DNA of 64,000 bases from Caulobacter sp. (GTDB taxonomy: Bacteria; Pseudomonadota; Alphaproteobacteria; Caulobacterales; Caulobacteraceae), in assembly GCA_030645575.1 (NCBI GenBank), contig JAUSMJ010000005.1, forward strand, positions 11,552-75,551. The letters run 5' to 3'. The notes below the pieces were generated by a model, which made no database searches, had not been told where the DNA came from, and saw nothing but the letters and a program-made list of their open reading frames with translations. Made by a program: the position numbers and the translations under genes. This document shows positions 9,340 through 17,369 of the stretch, in pieces (within the stretch, counting starts at the first letter, position 1; each line of letters opens with the position of its first letter).

Positions 9340-9756
9340 ATGGCTGCTCAACGCGGAAAAGACATCCTGCTCAAGATCGGCGACGGGGGCGAGCCCCAGA
9401 CGTTCATGACAGTCGCCGGACTGCGCGCGCGGACGATCTCGCTCAACGCCCGGACCATCGACGTCACCGACGGCGACAGCGCCGGCCGCTGGCGCGAGCT
9501 GCTGGCCGGCGCGGGCGTCAGACAGGCCGCCGTCTCCGGCGCCGGGGTGTTCCGCGACGCGGCCTCCGACGCCCTGATGCGCGAGGTGTTCTTCGCCCAG
9601 GAGGCGCGGGCCTGGCGGCTGGTCGTGCCCGACTTCGGCGTGCTCGAAGGCCCGTTCCTGATCGCCGCGCTGGAATACGCCGGCGATCACGAGGGCGAGG
9701 CGACCTGGGCCGTGACCCTGGCCTCGGCCGGGGAAGTGGCGTTCGGGGCCATCTGA
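9340..9756 (+). CDS. phage major tail protein, TP901-1 family (GTA g9-like)
   Basis: 138 aa, MAAQRGKDILLKIGDGGEPQTFMTVAGLRARTISLNARTIDVT... is typical of the GTA major tail tube protein. GGAG SD 6 nt upstream. Confidence 0.85.
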   Translation: MAAQRGKDILLKIGDGGEPQTFMTVAGLRARTISLNARTIDVTDGDSAGRWRELLAGAGVRQAAVSGAGVFRDAASDALMREVFFAQEARAWRLVVPDFGVLEGPFLIAALEYAGDHEGEATWAVTLASAGEVAFGAI

Positions 9757-9757
9757 C

Positions 9758-10042
9758 ATGGCCGCCAATCACGCGCGCGGCGAGGTCGTCGCGGTGCTGG
9801 CCGGCCGGCCGCGCCGGCTTTGCCTGACGCTGGGCGCCCTGGCCGAGCTGGAAACGGCGTTCGACGCGCGGGGCTGGGAGGATCTCGCCGCGCGCCTGCG
9901 CGACCTGTCGGCCGGCGACCTGACCCTCGTGCTGGCCGCCCTGCTGCGCGGCGGCGGAGACGAGCCGGGCGACCTTTCCGGCGTCGAACTGGGCGAGGCG
10001 GCGCGCGCGGTGGCGGCGGCCTTCACGGCGGCGGGCGGATGA
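9758..10042 (+). CDS. GTA tail assembly chaperone (g10-like)
   Basis: 94 aa, GEVVAVLAGRPRRLCLTLGALAELE.AF pattern of the gene-transfer-agent family protein that follows the tail tube gene. Confidence 0.8.
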   Translation: MAANHARGEVVAVLAGRPRRLCLTLGALAELETAFDARGWEDLAARLRDLSAGDLTLVLAALLRGGGDEPGDLSGVELGEAARAVAAAFTAAGG

Positions 10043-10212
10043 CCACGCCCTGGCCGGCCATGCTGCGGCTGGCCGCCGAGCGGCTGCGCATCGCGCCGGA
10101 CGCCTTTTGGCGGCTGTCGCTGGCCGAGTGGCGGGCGCTGACCCGCGAGGACGGGCCGCTCGCGCTCGATCGCGCGGGGTTTGATGCGTTGCTGCGCCAC
10201 TATCCAGATTAA
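10039..10212 (+). CDS. GTA tail assembly chaperone 2 (g10.1-like)
   Basis: 57 aa (MTTPWPAMLRLAAERLRIAPDAFWRLSLAEWRAL...). ATGA overlap with g10. Typical rcc01693-type small protein. Confidence 0.75.
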   Translation: MTTPWPAMLRLAAERLRIAPDAFWRLSLAEWRALTREDGPLALDRAGFDALLRHYPD

Positions 10213-10220
10213 CCGCCACC

Positions 10221-10422
10221 CCGTCATGGCCCGGCTGTCCGGGCCACCCAGGAACACCGCTGGTGGCCGGGACGGGACTAGCTGTCCCTCGGGACTGCTT
10301 GTCCCGTCTCCGGGGAGCAGGTGAGAGGGCGGGCTATCCAGTCCCAAGGGACAGGAAAGCCCGCTCCCGCGCCTTCCCGGCGCCACGTGTCTGGCTGGCT
10401 CGGACGAGCCGGGCCATGACGG
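10221..10422. repeat. composite MITE-like element inside the GTA cluster
   Basis: Terminal inverted repeats CCGTCATGGCCCGGCT... (10221-10250) and ...AGCCGGGCCATGACGG (10392-10422), with the first 16 nt identical. They enclose GGGAC/GTCCC nested hairpins (10270-10350). Confidence 0.7.
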
Positions 10423-10438
10423 TGAAAAAGGAACTATC

Positions 10439-10972
10439 GTGAGCGACTTCGACCCCGGCGGCCTGGCCGTCATCCCGCGCCAGACCGCCGAGGCGGCCGA
10501 GGCCCTGGACGCCCTGCGCGAGCCGGCCCGGCGCGCCGCCGACAGCATCGACGAGGCCTTCGCCAAGGCCGGCGCCGGCCTCAGCCGGTCGCTGGCCAGG
10601 GCCGCCGCCGATGGCCGGATCAGCCTGGCCGAGCTGGCCCAGGCCGTGCTGGCGGCCGTTAACGCCGCGGCCGGCCAGGGCGGCGGCGGGGGGCTGGGCG
10701 ACGTCGTCTCGGCCGTGCTCAAGGGCGGGTTCGCCGGCGCGCGGGCGGCCGGGGGACCGGTGCTGCCCGGCGGCGCCTATCTGGTCGGCGAGCGGGGACC
10801 GGAGGTGTTCCGGCCCGTTGGCGCCGGCGTCATCGAGCCCGCCGGCGGGGGCGGCCTGACCGTCAATGTCACCGTGCAGGGCGCGACCGCGGCCGAGGGC
10901 CTGGTCCGGTCGGAGGCCCAGATCGCCCAGGCCCTGGCCCGGGCCGTCGGCCTGGGCGCCCGCCGGCTCTGA
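10439..10972 (+). CDS. short phage tail tape measure protein (GTA g11-like)
   Basis: 177 aa, GTG start. Ala/Gly-rich with the LVGERGPEVF motif typical of GTA tape measure proteins. Confidence 0.8.
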   Translation: MSDFDPGGLAVIPRQTAEAAEALDALREPARRAADSIDEAFAKAGAGLSRSLARAAADGRISLAELAQAVLAAVNAAAGQGGGGGLGDVVSAVLKGGFAGARAAGGPVLPGGAYLVGERGPEVFRPVGAGVIEPAGGGGLTVNVTVQGATAAEGLVRSEAQIAQALARAVGLGARRL

Positions 10973-11034
10973 CGCCCGCGTTGACAACCCTCCGCGCGCC
11001 TCTAGCCTGTCGCCCGAGACTTCGGGGGATCGTC

Positions 11035-11334
11035 ATGACAGACCAAAGCCAGACCGCGCCGCGGGGACCCGAGCCGGCCAACGGCATGGCCATCGCCTCG
11101 CTGGTGCTGGGCATCGTCTCGGTGCTGATCGTCTGGATCCCCATCGTCGGCATCCTGGGAACCCTGATGGCGCTGATCGGGCTGGTGCTTGGCATCCTGG
11201 CCCTGCGCGGCGCCAGCGGGCGCGGCCTGGCCATCGGCGGCATCGTCTGTTCCGGCGTGTCGCTGGTGATCACGGCGATCTACATGCTGGGTTTCCTGGC
11301 CATCATCGGCGCCGCCGCGGCCAACGCCGGTTAG
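11035..11334 (+). CDS. DUF4190-like small membrane protein (cargo insertion)
   Basis: 99 aa from the ATG at 11035. NGMAIASLVLGIVSVLIVWIPIVGILG...GLVLGILALR is the typical DUF4190 double-TM signature. Confidence 0.7.
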   Translation: MTDQSQTAPRGPEPANGMAIASLVLGIVSVLIVWIPIVGILGTLMALIGLVLGILALRGASGRGLAIGGIVCSGVSLVITAIYMLGFLAIIGAAAANAG

Positions 11335-11768
11335 GCGACGGCCGGCCCGCCAAAGATATTGCCCTCGACCCTGGTCGGACCGAGCGCCAGCCAGATCAGG
11401 AATCCCAGCCAGACGCCGAGAAACAGCAGCATCATAATGATGCCGGCGACGGCGCCGATGCCCCCCAGGCCATCTCCAGCCCCGACAACGGCAAGGTTGA
11501 TCACCCCAAGAACAAAATAGAGGGGGACCAGCCCGACGGTGGCCAGGAGCGGCGCCAGCTGGGTCCAGGCGCTCCAGCCCATGTCGTGGAGCCGCCGGCC
11601 TGCCAGGCAAACCCAGAGATAGGCCAGAAGCCAGCCACCGACGGTGTAGGTGAAGCCGGGGGCGACCCGGAATAACGCCGTCGTGACGAGCGAAAGCCCC
11701 ACGACGGAAATCAGAAAGTCCCGGCGGCCAAGCCGTCCGGACGGGGTCAGAATCACGAACCGGCGCAT
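11331..11768 (-). CDS. DUF805-family inner membrane protein (cargo insertion)
   Basis: 145 aa from the ATG at 11768. GRLGRRDF..., the RRLHDMGWSAW motif characteristic of DUF805 (YhaH/YhaI-like), and about 4 TM segments. Its stop overlaps the DUF4190 gene stop. Confidence 0.75.
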   Translation of the reverse strand: MRRFVILTPSGRLGRRDFLISVVGLSLVTTALFRVAPGFTYTVGGWLLAYLWVCLAGRRLHDMGWSAWTQLAPLLATVGLVPLYFVLGVINLAVVGAGDGLGGIGAVAGIIMMLLFLGVWLGFLIWLALGPTRVEGNIFGGPAVA

Positions 11769-11846
11769 GGGCGATCCTCCAGGACGGACCAGTAGCGCCT
11801 TGTTCAATGACACGCAAGTGATCAATCACTCACATTGAGTCAAGCC

Positions 11847-12458
11847 ATGTCCTTCCATGAAGTCCGCCTGCCCGCGCGGCTGGCGTTCGGCTCGACCGGC
11901 GGTGTCGAGCGGCGCACCGAGGTCGTCACCCTGGCGTCCGGGTTCGAGCGCCGCTCGACGCCCTGGGCGCATGGCCGCCGCCGCTATCTGATCGGCGCGG
12001 GCGTGCGGTCGCTGGATGACGCGGCCGTGCTGGTCGCCTTCTTCGAGGGGCGGCGTGGGCGGCTGCACGGCTTCCGCTTCCGCGACTTCGCCGACTTCAA
12101 GTCCTGCGCGCCGTCGGCGGGCGTCATGCCGACCGATCAGCCGCTGGGCGTCGGCGATGGCGAGACGGCGGTCTTTCCCCTGACCAAAACCTACGCCGAC
12201 CTCGCCCGGCCGATCGTCAAGCCGGTGGCCGGGGCGGTGCGCGTCGCCGTGGACGGCGTCGAGACGGCGGCCTTCACCGTCGATACGACCAGCGGCCTGG
12301 CGACTTTCGACACTCCACCAGCGGCCGGCGCGGTGCTGACCGCCGGCTTCGAGTTCGACACCCCGGTGCGGTTCGACGCCGACCGCATCGACGTGACGCT
12401 CGAGAGCTTCGCGGCCGGACGCGTCGTGGCCGTGCCCCTGATCGAACTGCGGATCTGA
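11847..12458 (+). CDS. DUF2460 distal tail protein (GTA g12-like)
   Basis: MSFHEVRLPARLAFGSTGGVERRTEVVTLASGFERR... is the canonical N-terminus of the family. ATG at 11847 preferred over the upstream TTG at 11835. Confidence 0.85.
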   Translation: MSFHEVRLPARLAFGSTGGVERRTEVVTLASGFERRSTPWAHGRRRYLIGAGVRSLDDAAVLVAFFEGRRGRLHGFRFRDFADFKSCAPSAGVMPTDQPLGVGDGETAVFPLTKTYADLARPIVKPVAGAVRVAVDGVETAAFTVDTTSGLATFDTPPAAGAVLTAGFEFDTPVRFDADRIDVTLESFAAGRVVAVPLIELRI

Positions 12459-12461
12459 CAG

Positions 12462-13121
12462 ATGAAGATCGTGCCTTCGGCGCTGGCCGCCCGGATCGAG
12501 TCCGGGGCGGCGACGCTGGCCCATGCCTGGCTGCTGACGCGGCGCGACGGCGCGCGGCTCGGGTTTACCGACCATGACCGCGACCTGACCTGCGACGGTG
12601 TCCCGTGCCGGGCGGCCAGCGGCTGGACGGCGGGCGCGGCGGACGCCGGGCTGGGCTTTGCGCCAGGCGGCGCCTCGGCCAGCGGCGGCCTCGACGGTGA
12701 CGCCCTGGGCGAGGCCGACATCGCCGCCGGCCTCTACGACGGCTGCCTGATCGAGTGCCGGCGGATCGACTGGTCGCAGCCGGACCTGTTCGTCGGCCTG
12801 TGGCGGGGAACGATCACCCGACTGAAGCGGGAAGGCGAGGCGTTCGTCGCCGAGATCGAGGGACCACTGGCGGCGCTGGACAGGGTGGCCGGGCGCACGT
12901 TCGGACGGCTGTGCGACGCCAACCTGGGCGACGACCACTGCGGCGTGGCGGGCGACCATCCGGCGTTTGGCGAGGGCTGTGACAAGCGTTCGAGCATCTG
13001 TTCAACCCGATTCGACAACCTGCTGAACTTCCGAGGGTTTCCGACCATCCCCGGCGAGGATTTCCTGACCGTCTATCCGGCCAGGGGCGAGCGGCACGAC
13101 GGGACCTCGCGTCGTGGATAG
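12462..13121 (+). CDS. DUF2163 baseplate hub protein (GTA g13-like)
   Basis: 219 aa, ATLAHAWLLTRRDGARLGFTDHDRDL... and C-terminal CD..LGD..CGV...F.GFP pattern of the phage BR0599/DUF2163 family. Confidence 0.85.
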   Translation: MKIVPSALAARIESGAATLAHAWLLTRRDGARLGFTDHDRDLTCDGVPCRAASGWTAGAADAGLGFAPGGASASGGLDGDALGEADIAAGLYDGCLIECRRIDWSQPDLFVGLWRGTITRLKREGEAFVAEIEGPLAALDRVAGRTFGRLCDANLGDDHCGVAGDHPAFGEGCDKRSSICSTRFDNLLNFRGFPTIPGEDFLTVYPARGERHDGTSRRG

Positions 13122-13167
13122 GGTGCGCCACGCGCCTCCCTCCTCCAGGGGGAAGGGAATCTCTCGC

Positions 13168-13608
13168 ATGGACATCGTCGCGGCCGCCCGCGACTGGATC
13201 GGCACGCCCTATCGGCACCAGGCCTCGCTGAAGGGCGCTGGCTGCGACTGTCTGGGGCTGGTGCGCGGGGTCTGGCGCGAGCTGTATGGCGAGGAGCCGG
13301 AGCCCCCACCGCCCTATCGCCCGGACTGGGCCGAGACCGGCGGCCGCGAGACCCTGCTGGAGGCCGCCCGGCGGCATCTGGTCGAGATCGCGCCCGATGA
13401 GGTCCGGCCCGGCGACGTGCTGTTGTTCCGCATGAGCCCCGACGCCTGCCTGAAGCACTGCGCCATCGTTTCGCTGACGCGGCCCGGCGATCCGCAGGCG
13501 CGCATCGTCCACGCCTATTGGGGCCGGGCGGTGGTCGAGAGCTGGCTGGGCCCCTGGTGGCGGCGGCGGCTGGCGCACGTCTTTTCCTTCCCCAATGTGA
13601 GCGACTGA
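13168..13608 (+). CDS. NlpC/P60 family cell-wall peptidase (GTA g14-like)
   Basis: ARDWIGTPYRHQASLKGAGCDCLGLVRGVW contains the catalytic Cys motif. A later H (LKHCAIV) is also present. About 146 aa. Confidence 0.85.
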   Translation: MDIVAAARDWIGTPYRHQASLKGAGCDCLGLVRGVWRELYGEEPEPPPPYRPDWAETGGRETLLEAARRHLVEIAPDEVRPGDVLLFRMSPDACLKHCAIVSLTRPGDPQARIVHAYWGRAVVESWLGPWWRRRLAHVFSFPNVSD

Positions 13609-13609
13609 C

Positions 13610-16600
13610 ATGGCCCAGGTGATCCTTGGCGGCGTGGGAGGCGCGCTCGGCGGCGCGCTGGGCGCGGCGATCGGAAGCGCCGTCGGCGGCGCCATCGACC
13701 GGGCCGTCGTCGCCAGCCTGCAGCCCGCCCGCCAGATCGGCCCGCGGCTGCGCGAACTGCAGCTGATGGGCGCGGCCGAGGGCGCGCCGATGGCCGCCGT
13801 GTTCGGTCGGGCCCGGGTGGCCGGCCAGGTGATCTGGGCCGCGCGCTTCCGGGAAAAGCGCATCGAGCGCCAGGCCGGCGGCGGCAAGGGCGGGCCCACG
13901 ACCGTCGAATACCGCTACAGCCTGTCCTTCGCCGTGGCCCTTTGCGAGGGGCCGATCGACGGCGTCGGCCGCGTCTGGGCCGACGGCAAGCCGATGGACC
14001 TGGCCGGCGCGACAATGCGGCTCCATCGCGGGACCGAAAACCAGACGCCCGATCCGCTGATCGAGGCCGTCGAGGGCGCCGCCCCGGCCTATCGCGGCTG
14101 CGCCTATGTGGTGTTCGAGGATCTGCCGCTGGCGGCCTTCGGCAATCGCCCGCCGCAGCTGTCTTTCGAGGTGTTCCGCCGTCCGCCATCGACCGGCGCG
14201 CTGGAGGACCGGCTGACGAGCGTCTGCCTGATCCCCGGGGCCGGGGAGTTCGTGCTAGCCACCGACATCGTCCATCGCCGCGATGGCCTGACGAAGCTGA
14301 CGGCCGAGAACGTCAACAACGGCGAGGGGCGGCCCGACCTGCTGGTCGCGCTGGACCAGCTGCAGGCCCAGCTGCCGTATCTCGACGCGGTGACCCTCGT
14401 CGTCGCCTGGTTCGGGACCAGCCTGGACGCCGGCGTCTGCCAGTTTCGCCCGGGCGTCGAACAGGCGGCCAAGGCGACCCTGCCCTGGAGCTGGAAGGCC
14501 GGTGGCGTGGGGCGTGGCGGCGCGCATTCCATCTCGCACCACGGCGGCGGCCCGGCCTATGGCGGCACGCCGGCCGACCGGGCCGTGTTGCAGGCCATCG
14601 CCGAGCTGAAGGCGCGCGGCCTGAAGGTGACCCTCCTTCCGTTCATCCTGATGGACAGCGCCGGCTATCCATGGCGTGGCAGGATGTCTGGCGAAGCTGC
14701 TGATATCGCAAACCTGTTCGGCGGTGCGTCGCCGGCGGACTTCGGGGCCGACGGCGTGACCGTCGCCTATTCCGGTCCGGCCGGCTGGGGCCTGCGCCGG
14801 ATGGTGCTGCATTACGCGAAGCTGGCCCAGATGGCCGGCGGCGTGGACGCCTTCCTGATCGGCTCGGAGCTGCGCGGCGTAACGGCGATCCGCGACGGCG
14901 ACGCTTTTCCGGCGGTCGCGGCCCTGCGCGCGCTGGCCGCCGACTGTCGCGCGCTGCTGGGGCCGGACACGGCGATCGGCTATGCCGCCGACTGGAGCGA
15001 GTATTTCGGCCATCAGCCGGCCGACGGCTCCGGCGACGTGTTCTTCCACCTCGATCCGCTGTGGGCGGATGACAACATCGACTTCGTCGGCATCGACTTC
15101 TACCCGCCGCTGGCCGACTGGCGGGACGGCGAGGCGCGGGACGCCTGGGACGTCGCCTCCGGCGAAGGCTTCGACTGGTTCTACGCCTCCGACGCCGACC
15201 GCGTCGCCCGGCTGCGCACCCCGATCACCGACGGCGCGCACGGCGAGCCCTGGGTGTTCCGGCCCAAGGACCTGATCGGCTGGTGGTCCAACGCCCATCA
15301 CGACCGCCCCGGGGGAATCCGCTCGCCCACGCCCACCGCCTGGAGCCCGCGGTCGAAGCCGATCCGGCTGACCGAGTTTGGCTGCGCGGCCATCGACCGG
15401 GGCGCCAACGCGCCCAACCTGTTCCTCGACGCCAAGAGCAGCGAGAGCGCCCTGCCGCCCTTTTCCAGCGGCGCGCGCGACGACCTGGGCCAACGACGGG
15501 CGCTGGAGGCCGTGCTTGGCCACTTCGCCGATCCAGCCAACAATCCCGTGTCGCCGGCCTATGGCGGGCCGATGGTCGCGGCGATGAGCGTCTGGTGCTG
15601 GGACGCGCGGCCGTTTCCGGACTTTCCGGGGCGGACGACGGTCTGGCGCGACGGGCCCAACTGGGCGACCGGCCACTGGTTGAACGGCCGGGCCGGCGCC
15701 GCGCCGCTGGGCGACCTGACCACGGCCCTGGCCGCCCGGGCGGGAGTCACGCTTGGCCCGGGCGACGTCGCCGGCGTGGTCAGCGGCTATGTCGTCGAGG
15801 CGCCGATGCGGTTGCGCGACGCGCTGGAACCGCTGGCCCTGGCGTTCGGCTTCGACGCCGCCGAGCGGGGCGGAATCGCGGCCCTGGTCGCCCGCGACGG
15901 GCCGGTCGCCGCGACGCTGGGCGAGGACGATCTGGCGATCACCGATGATCATCCGGCCCGCGCCGAGACGCGGGCGCTGGAAACGCCGCCGGACGAGCTG
16001 CGCCTGCGCTTTATCGACGAGACGGCGGACTATCGCGTGGGCGGGCTGACCGTGCGCCGCGATCCGGCCACGGGTGGCGGCGCACGGGTGATCGACCTGC
16101 CGATCGTCGGGACCCTGGCTCTGGCCGAGCGGGTCGGGCGCCGGGTGCTGGCGCGGGACCAGGCCGCGCGGGACGCCCGCACCGCGCAGCTGTCGCCGCT
16201 GGCGGCCCTGAGCATCGAGCCCGGCGACCGGCTGGCGTTCGCCGGCGAGACGGGCGTCTGGCGGGTGGCTGGCCTGGACCTGGACGAGCGGCCGCGCGCC
16301 GGCCTGCAAGCGGCCGAGCCGCCCGACGCGCCGTCCGCCGGCCTTCCCGACTGGACCCCGCCGCCGCCGATCGAGCCCGCTGGGCCGCCCGTGTTCCACC
16401 TGCTCGACCTGCCGCCGCTGCCGGGCGCCGAAGCCGACACGCGGCCGTTGGTCGCCGCGGGCCTGGAGCCGTGGCGCGATCTCGACATCCAGGCCGGGAT
16501 CGACGCCGAGGCCCTGACCCCGCGCGCGCGGCTCGGCCAGCCGGCCGGGATTGGCGAGACCCTGAGGGACCTGCCCGCCGGGCCGCTGCATCGTCTGGAC

Positions 16601-17317
16601 CTGGCCGGGCGCCTGACCCTCCGGCTCGAGGGCGCGACCCCGCAGAGCCGGCCGCTGTCCGCCGTTCTTGCCGGGGCCAACGCCATGGCGATCCAGGGCG
16701 CGGGCGGCGAGTGGGAGATCCTGCAGTTCCTGACCGCCGACCTGGCGGGCGAGGAGGTCTGGACCCTGTCGGGCCTGCTGCGCGGCCAGCTGGGGACCGA
16801 TCCGGCCATGGCCGCCCTGACCCCGGCCGGAGCGCCGGTGGTGCTGCTGGACGAGGGCCTGGCCCGGGCCGATGTCACGCTCGGCGAACGGGGCCTGCCG
16901 CTGGTCTGGCGGGCGGCCCCGGCTGGCGGCCCGCCCGGCGGAACCGCGATGACCGAGACGAGCTTCACCTGGCGCGGCCTGGCCGACCGGCCGTGGAGCC
17001 CCGCCCACCTCGCGCTGGAACGCGGGGAGGGCGGCGATCTGCTGTTCCGCTGGATCCGCCGCGCCCGGCTGGCCGGCGACGGCTGGGACGGCGAGCCGCC
17101 CCTGTCCGAGGAACGCGAGGTCTACCGGATCGAGATTCTCGACGGCGGGGCCGTCGTCCGGACCGCCGAGGTCCATGCGCCCGTCTTCGCCTGGACCGCC
17201 GCGATGCAGGCCGCCGATGTCCCCGCCGGCGCGCCCGATCCGGTGGTCGTCCGCGTCGCCCAGGGCTCGGCCGTGTTCGGCTGGGGCGCCGCGACGCAGC
17301 GGAGCCTGTGGCGCTGA
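13610..17317 (+). CDS. GTA host-specificity / tail fibre-baseplate protein (g15-like)
   Basis: 1235 aa. N-terminal Gly-rich segment, central TIM-barrel-like glycoside-hydrolase-type region and C-terminal phage-tail domain. Position and size match RcGTA g15. Confidence 0.85.
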   Translation: MAQVILGGVGGALGGALGAAIGSAVGGAIDRAVVASLQPARQIGPRLRELQLMGAAEGAPMAAVFGRARVAGQVIWAARFREKRIERQAGGGKGGPTTVEYRYSLSFAVALCEGPIDGVGRVWADGKPMDLAGATMRLHRGTENQTPDPLIEAVEGAAPAYRGCAYVVFEDLPLAAFGNRPPQLSFEVFRRPPSTGALEDRLTSVCLIPGAGEFVLATDIVHRRDGLTKLTAENVNNGEGRPDLLVALDQLQAQLPYLDAVTLVVAWFGTSLDAGVCQFRPGVEQAAKATLPWSWKAGGVGRGGAHSISHHGGGPAYGGTPADRAVLQAIAELKARGLKVTLLPFILMDSAGYPWRGRMSGEAADIANLFGGASPADFGADGVTVAYSGPAGWGLRRMVLHYAKLAQMAGGVDAFLIGSELRGVTAIRDGDAFPAVAALRALAADCRALLGPDTAIGYAADWSEYFGHQPADGSGDVFFHLDPLWADDNIDFVGIDFYPPLADWRDGEARDAWDVASGEGFDWFYASDADRVARLRTPITDGAHGEPWVFRPKDLIGWWSNAHHDRPGGIRSPTPTAWSPRSKPIRLTEFGCAAIDRGANAPNLFLDAKSSESALPPFSSGARDDLGQRRALEAVLGHFADPANNPVSPAYGGPMVAAMSVWCWDARPFPDFPGRTTVWRDGPNWATGHWLNGRAGAAPLGDLTTALAARAGVTLGPGDVAGVVSGYVVEAPMRLRDALEPLALAFGFDAAERGGIAALVARDGPVAATLGEDDLAITDDHPARAETRALETPPDELRLRFIDETADYRVGGLTVRRDPATGGGARVIDLPIVGTLALAERVGRRVLARDQAARDARTAQLSPLAALSIEPGDRLAFAGETGVWRVAGLDLDERPRAGLQAAEPPDAPSAGLPDWTPPPPIEPAGPPVFHLLDLPPLPGAEADTRPLVAAGLEPWRDLDIQAGIDAEALTPRARLGQPAGIGETLRDLPAGPLHRLDLAGRLTLRLEGATPQSRPLSAVLAGANAMAIQGAGGEWEILQFLTADLAGEEVWTLSGLLRGQLGTDPAMAALTPAGAPVVLLDEGLARADVTLGERGLPLVWRAAPAGGPPGGTAMTETSFTWRGLADRPWSPAHLALERGEGGDLLFRWIRRARLAGDGWDGEPPLSEEREVYRIEILDGGAVVRTAEVHAPVFAWTAAMQAADVPAGAPDPVVVRVAQGSAVFGWGAATQRSLWR

Positions 17318-17369
17318 GCGGCGAGACGCTCTATCTGATCGCTCTTCGGATTCCACTCGCGAGGGGCAG

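Larger units (their letters stand above)
5553..17317 (+). mobile_element. RcGTA-like gene transfer agent / defective prophage structural cluster (protease to g15), lacking terminase and portal
   Basis: Collinear gene order: prohead protease, HK97 capsid, connector, adaptor, DUF3168, major tail, two chaperones, short tape measure, DUF2460, DUF2163, NlpC/P60, about 1200-aa host-specificity protein. This is the order of alphaproteobacterial GTAs. Start codons are translationally coupled (ATGA/GTGA overlaps). Confidence 0.85.

Noticed and set aside
9758-10212. Possible programmed -1 frameshift joining the two tail assembly chaperone ORFs (g10/g10.1), as in many tailed phages.
   Set aside because: The second ORF has its own ATG overlapping the first stop (ATGA), and I saw no slippery heptamer near the junction. 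Simple translational coupling explains the arrangement. A frameshift cannot be excluded without experiments.
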